Made by a program: the position numbers and the translations under genes. From an uncultured Rikenellaceae bacterium (GTDB lineage: Bacteria; Bacteroidota; Bacteroidia; Bacteroidales; VadinHA17): DNA of 64,000 nucleotides. Shown piece by piece: positions 37,421-46,499 of the stretch. Under the pieces are notes generated by a model. That model was not told the DNA's origin, did no database searches, and saw only the letters and a program-made list of their open reading frames with translations. The stretch lies in the NCBI GenBank assembly GCA_963818525.1, contig CAWFSO010000001.1:518357-582356 (forward strand). Reading direction: 5' to 3'. Numbering within the stretch: position 1 is the stretch's first letter; each line of letters begins with the position of its first letter.

Positions 37421-38359
37421 TTAAAAAACAAAACCGGTGCTGATTGAGCTGTTTGTATACACCGCTTTTATTGCCTCGGCGAAGATCTCGCTTACCGAAA
37501 GGATCTTGATTTTTGGCGAATGTCTTGTAATGGGTATGCTGTCTGTGACTACCAGCTCTTCAATCGGTGACCTGTCAATTTTGTCTATGGCATCACCCGA
37601 TAGCACGGGGTGTGTCGCCACTGCCCTGACACTCAGGGCGCCCCGGTCTTTCATCACGGTGGCGGCAAAGGAAAGTGTGCCGGCGGTGTCAACCAGGTCG
37701 TCTATGATAACCACATGACGCCCATCCACCTCACCTATCACCGAGATCTCCTCAACAACATTCGGTTTTTTTCTCAGCTTGTAGCAGAGCACCATCTCAC
37801 TCTGCAGATACCTGGCGTAGGCATTGGCCCTCTTGGAGCCTCCCATGTCGGGAGCCGAGACTGTCAGGTTGGGCAGATTGAGATTCCTGATGTACGGAGC
37901 AAAGAGAGCCGAGCCGAAGAGGTGGTCAACGGGAACATCGAAGAATCCCTGTATCTGGTCGGCATGAAGATCTATTGTAATGATGCGGTCAACACCGGCC
38001 TTGGTGAGCAGGTCGGCAGTCAGCTTTGCGCCGAGAGAGACCCGCGGCCTGTCCTTGCGGTCCTGCCGTGCATATCCGTAATAGGGAATTACAGCATTGA
38101 CCTTGTATGCCGACGCCCTCTTGGCAGCATCTATCATCAGAAGGAGCTCCATCAGGTTCTCGGCAGGAGGGTTGGTTGACTGTATTATGAAGACATGGCA
38201 ACCCCTGACCGACTCATCAAAACAGGGCTGGAACTCGCCGTCACTGAAGCTCAGGAGAGAGCTTTTTCCAAGCGCTATGCCGAGATGGTCTGCTATTTTT
38301 TCCGCTATGCTAAGCGATGAGGTGCACGAAAAGATCTTAAAAGGAGCTCTGCCGATCAT
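37421..38359 (-). CDS. prs: Ribose-phosphate pyrophosphokinase
   Basis: 312 aa with YARQDRK, DLHA and VIIDDLVDTAGT PRPP-binding motifs. Confidence 0.96.
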   Translation of the reverse strand: MIGRAPFKIFSCTSSLSIAEKIADHLGIALGKSSLLSFSDGEFQPCFDESVRGCHVFIIQSTNPPAENLMELLLMIDAAKRASAYKVNAVIPYYGYARQDRKDRPRVSLGAKLTADLLTKAGVDRIITIDLHADQIQGFFDVPVDHLFGSALFAPYIRNLNLPNLTVSAPDMGGSKRANAYARYLQSEMVLCYKLRKKPNVVEEISVIGEVDGRHVVIIDDLVDTAGTLSFAATVMKDRGALSVRAVATHPVLSGDAIDKIDRSPIEELVVTDSIPITRHSPKIKILSVSEIFAEAIKAVYTNSSISTGFVF

Positions 38360-38420
38360 ATGAGGAGTGTTAAGGTATTTTTCACTGAACGATGCCGCTA
38401 ATTTAGTATTAATGGCTTTA

Positions 38421-39029
38421 TCATTTTTCTCTTTTGAAAAATATCATGTTCTCGCTGATATAGTCAAGCAGTTCATCCCTTCCTGTGCCCTTCGGGGCTG
38501 AGGTGGCAAAGGCAGGAGGGAGGCTCTCCCAGCTGCTCAGCATGGCCCTGTCATGCAGAGTCATGTTCTTTTCAACCTCAGCTGCGGAGACCTTGTCCGT
38601 CTTTGTAAAGACCCTGGCAAAGGGAACGCCATTCAGCGCCAGCCGCTCCATGAAGGCCAGGTCAGAGGCCATCGGCTCGTGCCTGGCATCTAACAGTACA
38701 AACAATGAAACAAGACTTTCACGTTTGGTGACATAGGTGGTGAAAAGCCTGTCCCATTCAGCCCTTAGCTTCTGCGACCGGCGGGCATACCCGTAACCGG
38801 GAAGGTCAACGAGGTACCAGCCCTCATTGATCAGAAAATGGTTGATGGTCTGTGTCTTACCGGGACTGCCTGATATTTTGGCGAGGCCTTTTCTTCCCAC
38901 AAGCATGTTCAGCAGTGACGACTTGCCGACGTTTGACCGGCCTATGAAGGCATATTCAGGCAGGTCAGGCGGGGGCAGCTGACTGAATTTCGCACTGCTG
39001 GTGATGAAAGTTGCTGACCTGATGATCAT
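38421..39029 (-). CDS. engB: Ribosome biogenesis GTP-binding protein YihA/EngB
   Basis: 202 aa with GRSNVGKSSLLN P-loop, DLPGYGY and TKTDK. Confidence 0.92.
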   Translation of the reverse strand: MIIRSATFITSSAKFSQLPPPDLPEYAFIGRSNVGKSSLLNMLVGRKGLAKISGSPGKTQTINHFLINEGWYLVDLPGYGYARRSQKLRAEWDRLFTTYVTKRESLVSLFVLLDARHEPMASDLAFMERLALNGVPFARVFTKTDKVSAAEVEKNMTLHDRAMLSSWESLPPAFATSAPKGTGRDELLDYISENMIFFKREK

Positions 39030-39037
39030 CTCCTTCT

Positions 39038-39799
39038 CTAATTCAGGTCTTTATAGGGCAGGGGTATCGCCAGGCGGTAGTATAGCCTGTTGCCGAACCC
39101 GGTCAGATATGACGCCACCACCACAACTGAGTCGGCCTTGTGACCCGGGGTCTTCAGCAGGTCGAGGTAACCGGTGGTTGCTGTCTGCAGCAGCGGTTTA
39201 AGGGAATCCATATCCACCAGTCCGTTGACCAGGTCTCCCCTGTAATATTTCACATTCTCAGACAGATCGGTCATCTCTATGAAGAGCTTGTACATGCCTC
39301 TCTCCTCATACCGGTCATTGCTCCTGTATATTATCCCCGGGTAGCCGGTCACCTTCTCTCCGTTCATTGTGTACTCCTCAAGACCGGGCAGACGTTTGCC
39401 GTCGACATAATCAATTTTGGCCTTCACCCGGCCACTCTTGTAATACTGTATCTGTGAGCCGTGGATTGTGTCATTGACATAAGGAGTGACCCTGAAGAGC
39501 TTGCTGTCAGGATAGTACCACCGTGCTTCGCCGTTCTTCTTCCCGTCAGCGTAGAATATCTCCTGTTCAATCACCCCTCCCTTGTAGAAGGTGCGGGTCA
39601 AACCTGACCTGATGCCGTTTTTGTACTCCTCCTCCTTGACCTTGACATCATTCCTGATGTAGTTCCTTATTCCGGTGTATCCCGTATCAGGTACATGTCC
39701 GCTCTTTTTGTTCCTGCCTCCGGTATCACCGGTTCCGCCTCCGCATGAGGCGGCGATGAGCATTATCAGAGTGACTGTGACGGCTGTTAGCTTCTGCAT
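39038..39799 (-). CDS. Lipoprotein with MORN-variant (YwqK-like) repeats
   Basis: Start MQKLTAVTVTLIMLIAASC gives a lipobox. Repeats follow the Y..G.k.G......Y..G pattern. The start at 39799 avoids overlap with the upstream stop at 39801. Confidence 0.62.
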   Translation of the reverse strand: MQKLTAVTVTLIMLIAASCGGGTGDTGGRNKKSGHVPDTGYTGIRNYIRNDVKVKEEEYKNGIRSGLTRTFYKGGVIEQEIFYADGKKNGEARWYYPDSKLFRVTPYVNDTIHGSQIQYYKSGRVKAKIDYVDGKRLPGLEEYTMNGEKVTGYPGIIYRSNDRYEERGMYKLFIEMTDLSENVKYYRGDLVNGLVDMDSLKPLLQTATTGYLDLLKTPGHKADSVVVVASYLTGFGNRLYYRLAIPLPYKDLN

Positions 39800-39800
39800 C

Positions 39801-40793
39801 TTACTTTCTTTTTTGTGGTACAAATACTTCAAGCAGCGTTGACGTTCCCTGCGGAATAAGAGTCACGCTGTCGGCTGCGGCAGGAACGAGCAGGGTCTCA
39901 CCTGCCTTCAGCACCTCGCTGTGTCCGAAACATTCGATCACAGTCATGTTCTCCGTACATATATAAATAATGAATGAGTCCGTGAGACTGTAATCCTTTA
40001 TCACCGGACTGTCTATCTGCAGCAGGCTGGTGCGAAAATACGGGCATTCGGCAAGCATCACCGGCTGGTTTACCTGCGGAGCCTTTTTTATAAGGTTGGT
40101 ACTGTCAAGGTTGAAGTTAATGGCATCAAGGGCCAGTGCCGTATGCATCTCGCGCGGTGTGCCCGAGGCGTCAACACGGTCCCAGTCGTATATCCGGTAG
40201 GTGACATCAGAGGTCTGCTGGATCTCGGCAAGCAGTACGCCGGCGCCAATGGAATGCACCATTCCGGCCGGGATGAAGAATACGTCGCCACGGGTCACAG
40301 GCGTAACATTGATCAGGTCTGCCAGCCTCTTCCCGGTGAGGTGCTCAAGGTACTCCTCCTTCGTGGTCTTCTTCCGGAACCCGGTATAGATAACGGCTCC
40401 GGGTGCAGCGTCAAGGACGTACCACATCTCGGTCTTGCCCCAGGCGTGATGTCTCTCCGAAGAGAGCCTGTCATCAGGGTGCACCTGTATCGACAGCCTG
40501 TCATGGGCATCGATTATCTTGATCAGCAACGGGAACTCATTGCCGTACTTCTCAAAGACGGCCTCCCCCACGATATCGCCCATATATATCTCCGTTATCT
40601 CCTCCAGGGTGTTCCCCTTGAGGAAGCCGTTTGCCACCACGGAGCTTGCTCCGGGCATGCCGCTGATCTCCCAGCTCTCGCCAATCACTGTTCCGGGCTT
40701 TGCTTTCCTGCCGTAGCGCTCCCTCAGGGCGCTTCCTCCCCACAGTGTCTCCTTGAGAACAGGCTTGAACCGTATGGGGTAAAGTGAACTCAT
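39801..40793 (-). CDS. manA: Class I mannose-6-phosphate isomerase
   Basis: 330 aa starting LYPIRFKPVLKETLWGG, with cupin metal-binding region QVHPDD and GTPREMH. Confidence 0.83.
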   Translation of the reverse strand: MSSLYPIRFKPVLKETLWGGSALRERYGRKAKPGTVIGESWEISGMPGASSVVANGFLKGNTLEEITEIYMGDIVGEAVFEKYGNEFPLLIKIIDAHDRLSIQVHPDDRLSSERHHAWGKTEMWYVLDAAPGAVIYTGFRKKTTKEEYLEHLTGKRLADLINVTPVTRGDVFFIPAGMVHSIGAGVLLAEIQQTSDVTYRIYDWDRVDASGTPREMHTALALDAINFNLDSTNLIKKAPQVNQPVMLAECPYFRTSLLQIDSPVIKDYSLTDSFIIYICTENMTVIECFGHSEVLKAGETLLVPAAADSVTLIPQGTSTLLEVFVPQKRK

Positions 40794-40795
40794 GG

Positions 40796-41098
40796 TCAGA
40801 TAATATAGTCAACAACCAGTTTAGCTTTTTTTACAGCCGAGGCGCCTGAGACTGCATCACGGTGAGGCTCGCTGTTCTGATACCGCCTCAGGTCCTCAAG
40901 AGAGGCAAAGGTGGCATCGATGACAAAGTCGCCCGCATGATCGGCTTCCAGAATGTTTGTGCCTGTCCTGTATTCAATGATATAATTCAGCCTGTTACCG
41001 ACCGGACCGAAGGCCTCCTTGAGCTTTCTGACCGATTTCTCCTTCTCCTCGGGAGTATATGGCTGGGTGAGCTTAAAGATCACAATATGTTTTACCAT
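40796..41098 (-). CDS. Dabb-family (stress-responsive alpha/beta barrel) protein
   Basis: 100 aa starting MVKHIVIFKL..., with the HRD pattern typical of Dabb domains. Confidence 0.78.
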   Translation of the reverse strand: MVKHIVIFKLTQPYTPEEKEKSVRKLKEAFGPVGNRLNYIIEYRTGTNILEADHAGDFVIDATFASLEDLRRYQNSEPHRDAVSGASAVKKAKLVVDYII

Positions 41099-41111
41099 AC
41101 AGATATTTTGC

Positions 41112-41119
41112 TACATTTG
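41112..41119 (+). promoter_or_regulatory. Bacteroidota -7 promoter box (TACATTTG)
   Basis: Exact TAnnTTTG match, 20 nt upstream of the udk ATG. Confidence 0.4.
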
Positions 41120-41138
41120 ATACAAAAATAATCATTTT

Positions 41139-41747
41139 ATGCTTACTGTCGGGATTGCCGGAGGAACAGGTTCGGGAAAGACTACCGTTGTACGGAAACT
41201 TATTGAAATGCTCCCGCCGGGGGAGGTTGTGATACTTCCCCAGGACAGCTATTATAAGGATAACAGCCATATTTCCATTGAAGAACGGCAAAAGATAAAC
41301 TTTGACCATCCTGATTCGGTTGAGTGGCCTCTGCTCATGGCTCATCTGGCGGAGCTGAAGGAGGGGCGTCCCATTGAGATGCCGATCTATTCCTATCTGA
41401 CCTGTCTCAGGTCACATGAGACCATTGCGATCAAACCCGCAAAGGTGGTGGTTGTCGAGGGGATACTTGTGCTTGTTGACCCCGGGCTGAGGTCGATGCT
41501 TGACATCAAGGTCTTTGTGGATGCTGATGCCGATGACCGGCTCGGCAGGGTGATACAGCGCGACATCATCGAGCGCGGACGCTCGGTACTCGCGGTTCTG
41601 GAGCGCTATAACATGACAGTCAAGCCGTCACACCTGCAGTTTATCGAACCTTCAAAGAGATATGCCGACATCATTATCCCCGGGGGAGGGGAGAACCTGG
41701 TCGGTATAGAGGTCTTAAAGACAATTGTGGAGAAGCATCTGCAGTAA
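41139..41747 (+). CDS. udk: Uridine kinase
   Basis: 202 aa with GIAGGTGSGKTT P-loop and FDHPDS. Confidence 0.95.
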   Translation: MLTVGIAGGTGSGKTTVVRKLIEMLPPGEVVILPQDSYYKDNSHISIEERQKINFDHPDSVEWPLLMAHLAELKEGRPIEMPIYSYLTCLRSHETIAIKPAKVVVVEGILVLVDPGLRSMLDIKVFVDADADDRLGRVIQRDIIERGRSVLAVLERYNMTVKPSHLQFIEPSKRYADIIIPGGGENLVGIEVLKTIVEKHLQ

Positions 41748-41751
41748 GACG

Positions 41752-41868
41752 GAAGTCAGCTGCGCCGCAGTTCGCGGAGGTACATCAATACAGAAGTCAG
41801 CTGCGCCGCAGTTCGCGGAGGTACATCAATACAGAAGTCAGCTGCGCCGCAGTTCGCGGAGGTACATC
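41752..41868. repeat. 41-bp tandem repeat x2.85; the last copy is the 3' coding end and stop of pdxJ
   Basis: GAAGTCAGCTGCGCCGCAGTTCGCGGAGGTACATCAATACA occurs at 41752 and 41793 (identical). A third copy from 41834 is identical for 35 nt and includes the pdxJ stop (41838-41840). Confidence 0.92.
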
Positions 41869-42557
41869 TGGATTGTGTTTTCAAGCCCGTAATAGAGCGC
41901 ATCGGAGATAAGGGCATGCCCTATTGATACCTCCATCAGCCACGGGATGTTTTTATGCAGCCAGGCCAGGTTGCTGAGGTCGAGATCATGACCGGCATTG
42001 ACTCCCAGCCCTGCCGCCCGCGCTGCCTCTGCGGCCCTGACGAAAGGAGCTGCTGCTGCCTCCCTGTCAGCACTGTACATCGCTGCGTAGGGCTCAGTGT
42101 AGAGCTCGATGCGGTCTGTGCCCGTACGGGCGGCGTACTCTATCATCTCCGGATCGGTTCCTGTGAAAATCGATGTGCGTATGCCCTTCTCATGAAAGCC
42201 TGCAATGACATCGGTGAGGAATGACAGGTGCGCTCTGGTGTCCCACCCCGAGTTGGAGGTAACGGCATCATGGGCATCGGGAACCAGCGTCACCTGGTCA
42301 GGGACGACATCATGCACTAACCTGATGAACTGCTCCTCAGGGTTGCCCTCAATATTGAACTCCGTGGTGATAACCTCCCTGATCACATAGACATCACTGT
42401 ACCTGATGTGCCTCTCGTCAGGCCGGGGATGGACGGTGATACCCTCGGCTCCGAAGCTCTGACATTTTATGGCAGCCAGCCTGACATCAGGAACATTGCC
42501 TCCGCGGGCGTTACGAATAGTGGCAATTTTGTTGATGTTTACGCTTAGTCTTGTCAT
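41838..42557 (-). CDS. pdxJ: Pyridoxine 5'-phosphate synthase
   Basis: 239 aa starting [17 protein letters not shown], with HPRPDERH and EVSIGHALI. Confidence 0.96.
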   Translation of the reverse strand: MTRLSVNINKIATIRNARGGNVPDVRLAAIKCQSFGAEGITVHPRPDERHIRYSDVYVIREVITTEFNIEGNPEEQFIRLVHDVVPDQVTLVPDAHDAVTSNSGWDTRAHLSFLTDVIAGFHEKGIRTSIFTGTDPEMIEYAARTGTDRIELYTEPYAAMYSADREAAAAPFVRAAEAARAAGLGVNAGHDLDLSNLAWLHKNIPWLMEVSIGHALISDALYYGLENTIQMYLRELRRS

Positions 42558-42637
42558 GGCTCTCTCTGCTGTTTATCCCTGCAAAGTTATAACGATCCGT
42601 AGTTTTTTGTACTTTTATTCGCTAATTGAATGACTGA

Positions 42638-43303
42638 ATGCTTGCCAAAGAGATGATATCCGATGTGGTCCCTGCGCTGAAAACATCTGATACTGCGCAG
42701 ACTGCCCTGAACTGGATGGAGATATTCAGGGTCTCGCATCTTCCCATAGTGAATGAGACCGAATACCTCGGACTCATCTCTGACAGCGATATCTATGATC
42801 TCAACCAGCCTGAGGAGCCTATAGGCAACCATTCCCTCTCACTTCCCCGGCCTTCGGTAAAGGGAACCCAGCATATCTTTGAGGTCCTCGCCCTGGCCGC
42901 CAGGCACAAGCTGACAGTGGTGCCGGTTGTGGATGATGAAAACCACCTCAGGGGTGTAATAACCTACAACGAGATGATCAGGGGAATAGCATCATTCTCC
43001 TCCATTGAACAGCCCGGCGGGATGATAATCCTCCAGGTCCTCTCACGTGACTATTCCATGAGCCGCATCTCTCAGATCGTCGAAAGCAATGACGCCAGGA
43101 TACTCAGCATGCATATCAGCTCCAACCCTGACTCGACAAGTCTGGAGATAACCCTGAAGGTCAACACCACAGACCTCACATCCATCATCAAAACCTTCGA
43201 GAGATATTCGTATGAGGTGACTACATGGGTCACTGACGATGATGAGCTTGACCGCTTCTATACTGACAGGTACAACATGCTCATGAAATACCTCAATATG
43301 TAA
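42638..43303 (+). CDS. CBS-domain pair protein with C-terminal ACT-like region
   Basis: 221 aa with two CBS-like modules (LPIVNETEYLGLISDSDI, VPVVDDENHLRGVITYNEM). Confidence 0.75.
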   Translation: MLAKEMISDVVPALKTSDTAQTALNWMEIFRVSHLPIVNETEYLGLISDSDIYDLNQPEEPIGNHSLSLPRPSVKGTQHIFEVLALAARHKLTVVPVVDDENHLRGVITYNEMIRGIASFSSIEQPGGMIILQVLSRDYSMSRISQIVESNDARILSMHISSNPDSTSLEITLKVNTTDLTSIIKTFERYSYEVTTWVTDDDELDRFYTDRYNMLMKYLNM

Positions 43304-43315
43304 CTGTATATCGTG

Positions 43316-44194
43316 ATGGCCAGAAAGATAGCCTTATTCAGCAAGGGTCTGACTGAAAAGACCACGGCCGGACTGCTTCGTCTCATTGATGCGCTTCACC
43401 GGCGCGGGGCGACCATATACCTCAATATCATGGAGCCGAACGGAAACCATTTCCGGAGTGATCCCAGGGTCAATCTCTTCAGCGATCTGTCAGGACTGCC
43501 TGATGACATATACCTTGTTATGAGCGTGGGCGGTGACGGCACCTTCCTGGAGACGGCCATGAGGGTGCGCTCCACCGGCATCCCGGTAGCGGGCATAAAC
43601 ACCGGCCGGCTTGGCTTCCTGGCCAATATCCAGGATGATGATATTGACAGGTCTATAGACCTGCTCTGTTCGGGCGAGTTTGAGGTCATCAGCCGCTCAA
43701 TGCTGGAGATCGTCTCTCCCTCCGGCCTCTTCGGCGAAGGCAATGCCATTGCCCTGAACGAGGTGACGGTGCAGAAGGCTGATCAGAGCATGATCACAAT
43801 CACGGTGAGGGTCAACGGCATCTTCCTCAATACCTATCGTGCCGACGGACTGATAATCTCATCGGCCACAGGATCAACAGCATACAACCTCAGTGTCGGC
43901 GGACCTATCCTCTCACCCACTGATGACAGTATAATAATTGCCCCGATGTCACCTCATAACCTCACAGTGAGGCCAATAATCGTTACGGGAAGCAGCACCA
44001 TCACCCTCGATATCGGGGGCAGAAGCAAAGAGTGCCTCGTGACCTGCGATTCAAAGGCTGCCAGGGTTCCCTCAGGCACCACCGCCGAGGTGCGACAGGC
44101 AGCCTCCAGGCTGAAGACAGTGACACCCGCCGGAAACGATTTTTTCAGCACCCTGAGGAACAAGCTCATGTGGGGCGCTGACCCCCGTAACTGA
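43316..44194 (+). CDS. nadK: NAD kinase
   Basis: GGDGTFL motif and GLIISSATGSTAYNLS. ATG at 43316 is preferred over GTG at 43313. Confidence 0.93.
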   Translation: MARKIALFSKGLTEKTTAGLLRLIDALHRRGATIYLNIMEPNGNHFRSDPRVNLFSDLSGLPDDIYLVMSVGGDGTFLETAMRVRSTGIPVAGINTGRLGFLANIQDDDIDRSIDLLCSGEFEVISRSMLEIVSPSGLFGEGNAIALNEVTVQKADQSMITITVRVNGIFLNTYRADGLIISSATGSTAYNLSVGGPILSPTDDSIIIAPMSPHNLTVRPIIVTGSSTITLDIGGRSKECLVTCDSKAARVPSGTTAEVRQAASRLKTVTPAGNDFFSTLRNKLMWGADPRN

Positions 44195-44237
44195 CAATAA
44201 TTAAGGAATATTTAAGTTTTAAGTATTGTACATTCCT

Positions 44238-44245
44238 TATATTTG
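44238..44245 (+). promoter_or_regulatory. Bacteroidota -7 promoter box (TATATTTG)
   Basis: Exact TAnnTTTG match, 24 nt upstream of the ATG at 44269. Confidence 0.4.
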
Positions 44246-44268
44246 TAGCCAAAACTGCAAAGCGACTG

Positions 44269-45054
44269 ATGATTAAACGTCTTATACTGCTGTGTCTGGT
44301 GGTGTTTCTTTCAGCACCATTTGCATCTGCACAGCTGTGGAAGATGAAAAGATACGAGGCTACTGCAGGATTGGGCACATCACAGTTCTATGGTGACATC
44401 GGAGGGTATTCTCTCGGGGAAAACGCCTGGGGGCTGAAAGACATCACATTCCTGCAGACCCGTTTTAACGTTAACGGCTCATTCAGGTATTTCTTTACCG
44501 ATGCAATTGCCGCAAAGATCTCATTTGCCTACGTGATGCTCCATGCCACGGATGAAAGAGGCAGCAATCCGGACAGGGGGTACGAGGCTACCACTTCGCT
44601 CTATGAACCGGCGCTCACCGGAGAGTATTACTTCGTGAGAAACCGTGAGCGAAACAGCTTTCTCTTCCAGACCTACAGGGGAATATCGAGGAACCGCGTG
44701 AGGGATTTCTTCCGGAGCATCGACGTGTATGCCCTTACTGGGGTGGGAGGCGCCTGGTACAATGTCAGGGGCAATGACGCCCTGGAGGAGAAATGGAGCC
44801 TTGACCCCACTCTTGAATCCAGCGGATTCACAGCCGTGATACCGCTGGGAGTGGGAGCAAAGCTGGCCTTCGACCCGAACATTCTGTTCGGCCTTGAGCT
44901 CACCGGCCGTTACGCATTCTCCGACTTCCTTGACGGCTATACATCTTCGTTTTCTGAGAGAAACGATATCTATCACACCTTCAGCGTTACATTTAATTAC
45001 CGGATCAGAACAGCCCGAAACGGATTACCCTCTTTCAGACAATCGTTCAGATGA
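44269..45054 (+). CDS. Outer-membrane beta-barrel protein (DUF6089-like)
   Basis: 261 aa with a signal peptide and a beta-barrel-like alternating pattern. It sits in the conserved position between nadK and uppS in Bacteroidota. Confidence 0.6.
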   Translation: MIKRLILLCLVVFLSAPFASAQLWKMKRYEATAGLGTSQFYGDIGGYSLGENAWGLKDITFLQTRFNVNGSFRYFFTDAIAAKISFAYVMLHATDERGSNPDRGYEATTSLYEPALTGEYYFVRNRERNSFLFQTYRGISRNRVRDFFRSIDVYALTGVGGAWYNVRGNDALEEKWSLDPTLESSGFTAVIPLGVGAKLAFDPNILFGLELTGRYAFSDFLDGYTSSFSERNDIYHTFSVTFNYRIRTARNGLPSFRQSFR

Positions 45055-45746
45055 TGCTTAAAGGACCACCTGGAATGAGAAAAGCAGCAATAATAATACT
45101 TCTGATTGCAACCGCCCTGCCGGCCATGGCCCAGCGCACTGCCGACTACGGCTTCTCCATCGGTGCAGTGTCATATCTGGGCGATACCATCAACGGCCTG
45201 CTAAAACCCGGGCCGGCTGCTCAGTTCTTCTACAGGTACAACTTCAACCCAAGGCAAGCCATCAGGGCAAACATCATGGGAGGATATATTTCTCCTCTTG
45301 ATGCACCCATCGGGGAACTGGGGGCAACATATGAATTCAACTTCTTTCCCTACTCAACATTCAGAAGCAGGCGTGTCGACTATTCGCCCTACATAGCCGC
45401 CGGGGCAGCGCTCTCAGCGGTTTATAATCAGGTTAATACGACTGACGGAACAAAGAACTTACACCCTTTCTTTTCTATACCATTCTCTGCCGGAATCAAG
45501 GTAAATGTGGCCAACCACATTGGCGTTGAGTTCGAATATGGTTTTCGTAAGACTTTTTATGATAAATTTGACGGCCGATATGAAGTCACGACCGGAGATC
45601 CGCCAGCACCGGTGGATCATTCATGGCTTCATAACAATGACTGGTACAGTTTCATGGGGATTTCGGTCACCTGGAAGATGTACAACAAGCTGGCTGGCTG
45701 TCCGGCTTTTGCAGAAATGGGTAAAGACAAAAAAAGAAAGAGATAA
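45051..45746 (+). CDS. Outer-membrane beta-barrel protein (DUF6089-like paralogue)
   Basis: 231 aa with a signal peptide. It overlaps the previous gene by 4 nt (ATGA). Confidence 0.6.
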   Translation: MMLKGPPGMRKAAIIILLIATALPAMAQRTADYGFSIGAVSYLGDTINGLLKPGPAAQFFYRYNFNPRQAIRANIMGGYISPLDAPIGELGATYEFNFFPYSTFRSRRVDYSPYIAAGAALSAVYNQVNTTDGTKNLHPFFSIPFSAGIKVNVANHIGVEFEYGFRKTFYDKFDGRYEVTTGDPPAPVDHSWLHNNDWYSFMGISVTWKMYNKLAGCPAFAEMGKDKKRKR

Positions 45747-45748
45747 CA

Positions 45749-46498
45749 TTGACTTTTAAGAATCAGATAGATACGAACAGGCTGCCACGGCATGTTGCTG
45801 TCATTATGGACGGCAACGGACGCTGGGCACGCAGGAGGGGCAGGGAGAGGATCTTCGGTCATCACCAGGGTGTTAAGGCCGTTCGCAAAACCGTAGAGGC
45901 AGCCGCAGAACTGGGTGTACAGTATCTGACCCTCTATGCCTTTTCCACGGAAAACTGGAACAGACCAGACGATGAGGTGTCAGCTCTCATGGACCTGATG
46001 GTCGAATCAATAAATGACGAGACTCAAACCCTTATTGAAAAGCAGATCTCACTTAAAGTCATCGGTGACCTCAGCCGCCTCTCGGTTAATGTCCGGAACA
46101 GGCTGTTTGAAACGATGAAGGTCACATCGGGCGGCTCACGCATGACACTGATAGTGGCTCTCAGCTATTCTTCAAGATGGGAGATTTCCGAAGCATGCCG
46201 CCGGATAGCCGTAGCAGTGAAAGAGGAGCGACTCAGCACCGGCGACATAACCGAGGAGACCGTAAGCTCCAACCTCGAGACAGCAGATTTACCTGACCCC
46301 GAACTGATGATACGCACCAGCGGAGAGAAGCGCATTAGCAACTTCCTCCTGTGGCAACTGGCATATGCCGAACTTTATTTTACAGAGAAACTTTGGCCCG
46401 ATTTTGGTAAGGAGGACTTTTACAGAGCAGTGGCAGACTTCCAGAAAAGGGAAAGGAGATATGGAAAGACCAGTGAGCAGATCGCTGATAACAGATGA
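45749..46498 (+). CDS. uppS: Isoprenyl transferase (undecaprenyl diphosphate synthase)
   Basis: 249 aa with HVAVIMDGNGRWA and LIRTSGEKRISNFLLWQLAYAELYF. TTG start. Confidence 0.93.
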   Translation: MTFKNQIDTNRLPRHVAVIMDGNGRWARRRGRERIFGHHQGVKAVRKTVEAAAELGVQYLTLYAFSTENWNRPDDEVSALMDLMVESINDETQTLIEKQISLKVIGDLSRLSVNVRNRLFETMKVTSGGSRMTLIVALSYSSRWEISEACRRIAVAVKEERLSTGDITEETVSSNLETADLPDPELMIRTSGEKRISNFLLWQLAYAELYFTEKLWPDFGKEDFYRAVADFQKRERRYGKTSEQIADNR

Positions 46499-46499
46499 G

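Noticed and set aside
46365-46499. N-terminal 45-codon extension of bamA in the ORF track. There are similar extensions for hisS (12331-12402), ssb (24024-24056), the GGGPS-like gene (21002-21067), the dipeptidase (30944-30976) and the nitroreductase (61992-62027).
   Set aside because: The extensions overlap upstream genes, terminators or promoter boxes and precede clear native N-termini (signal peptides or conserved starts). Internal Met starts were chosen instead.
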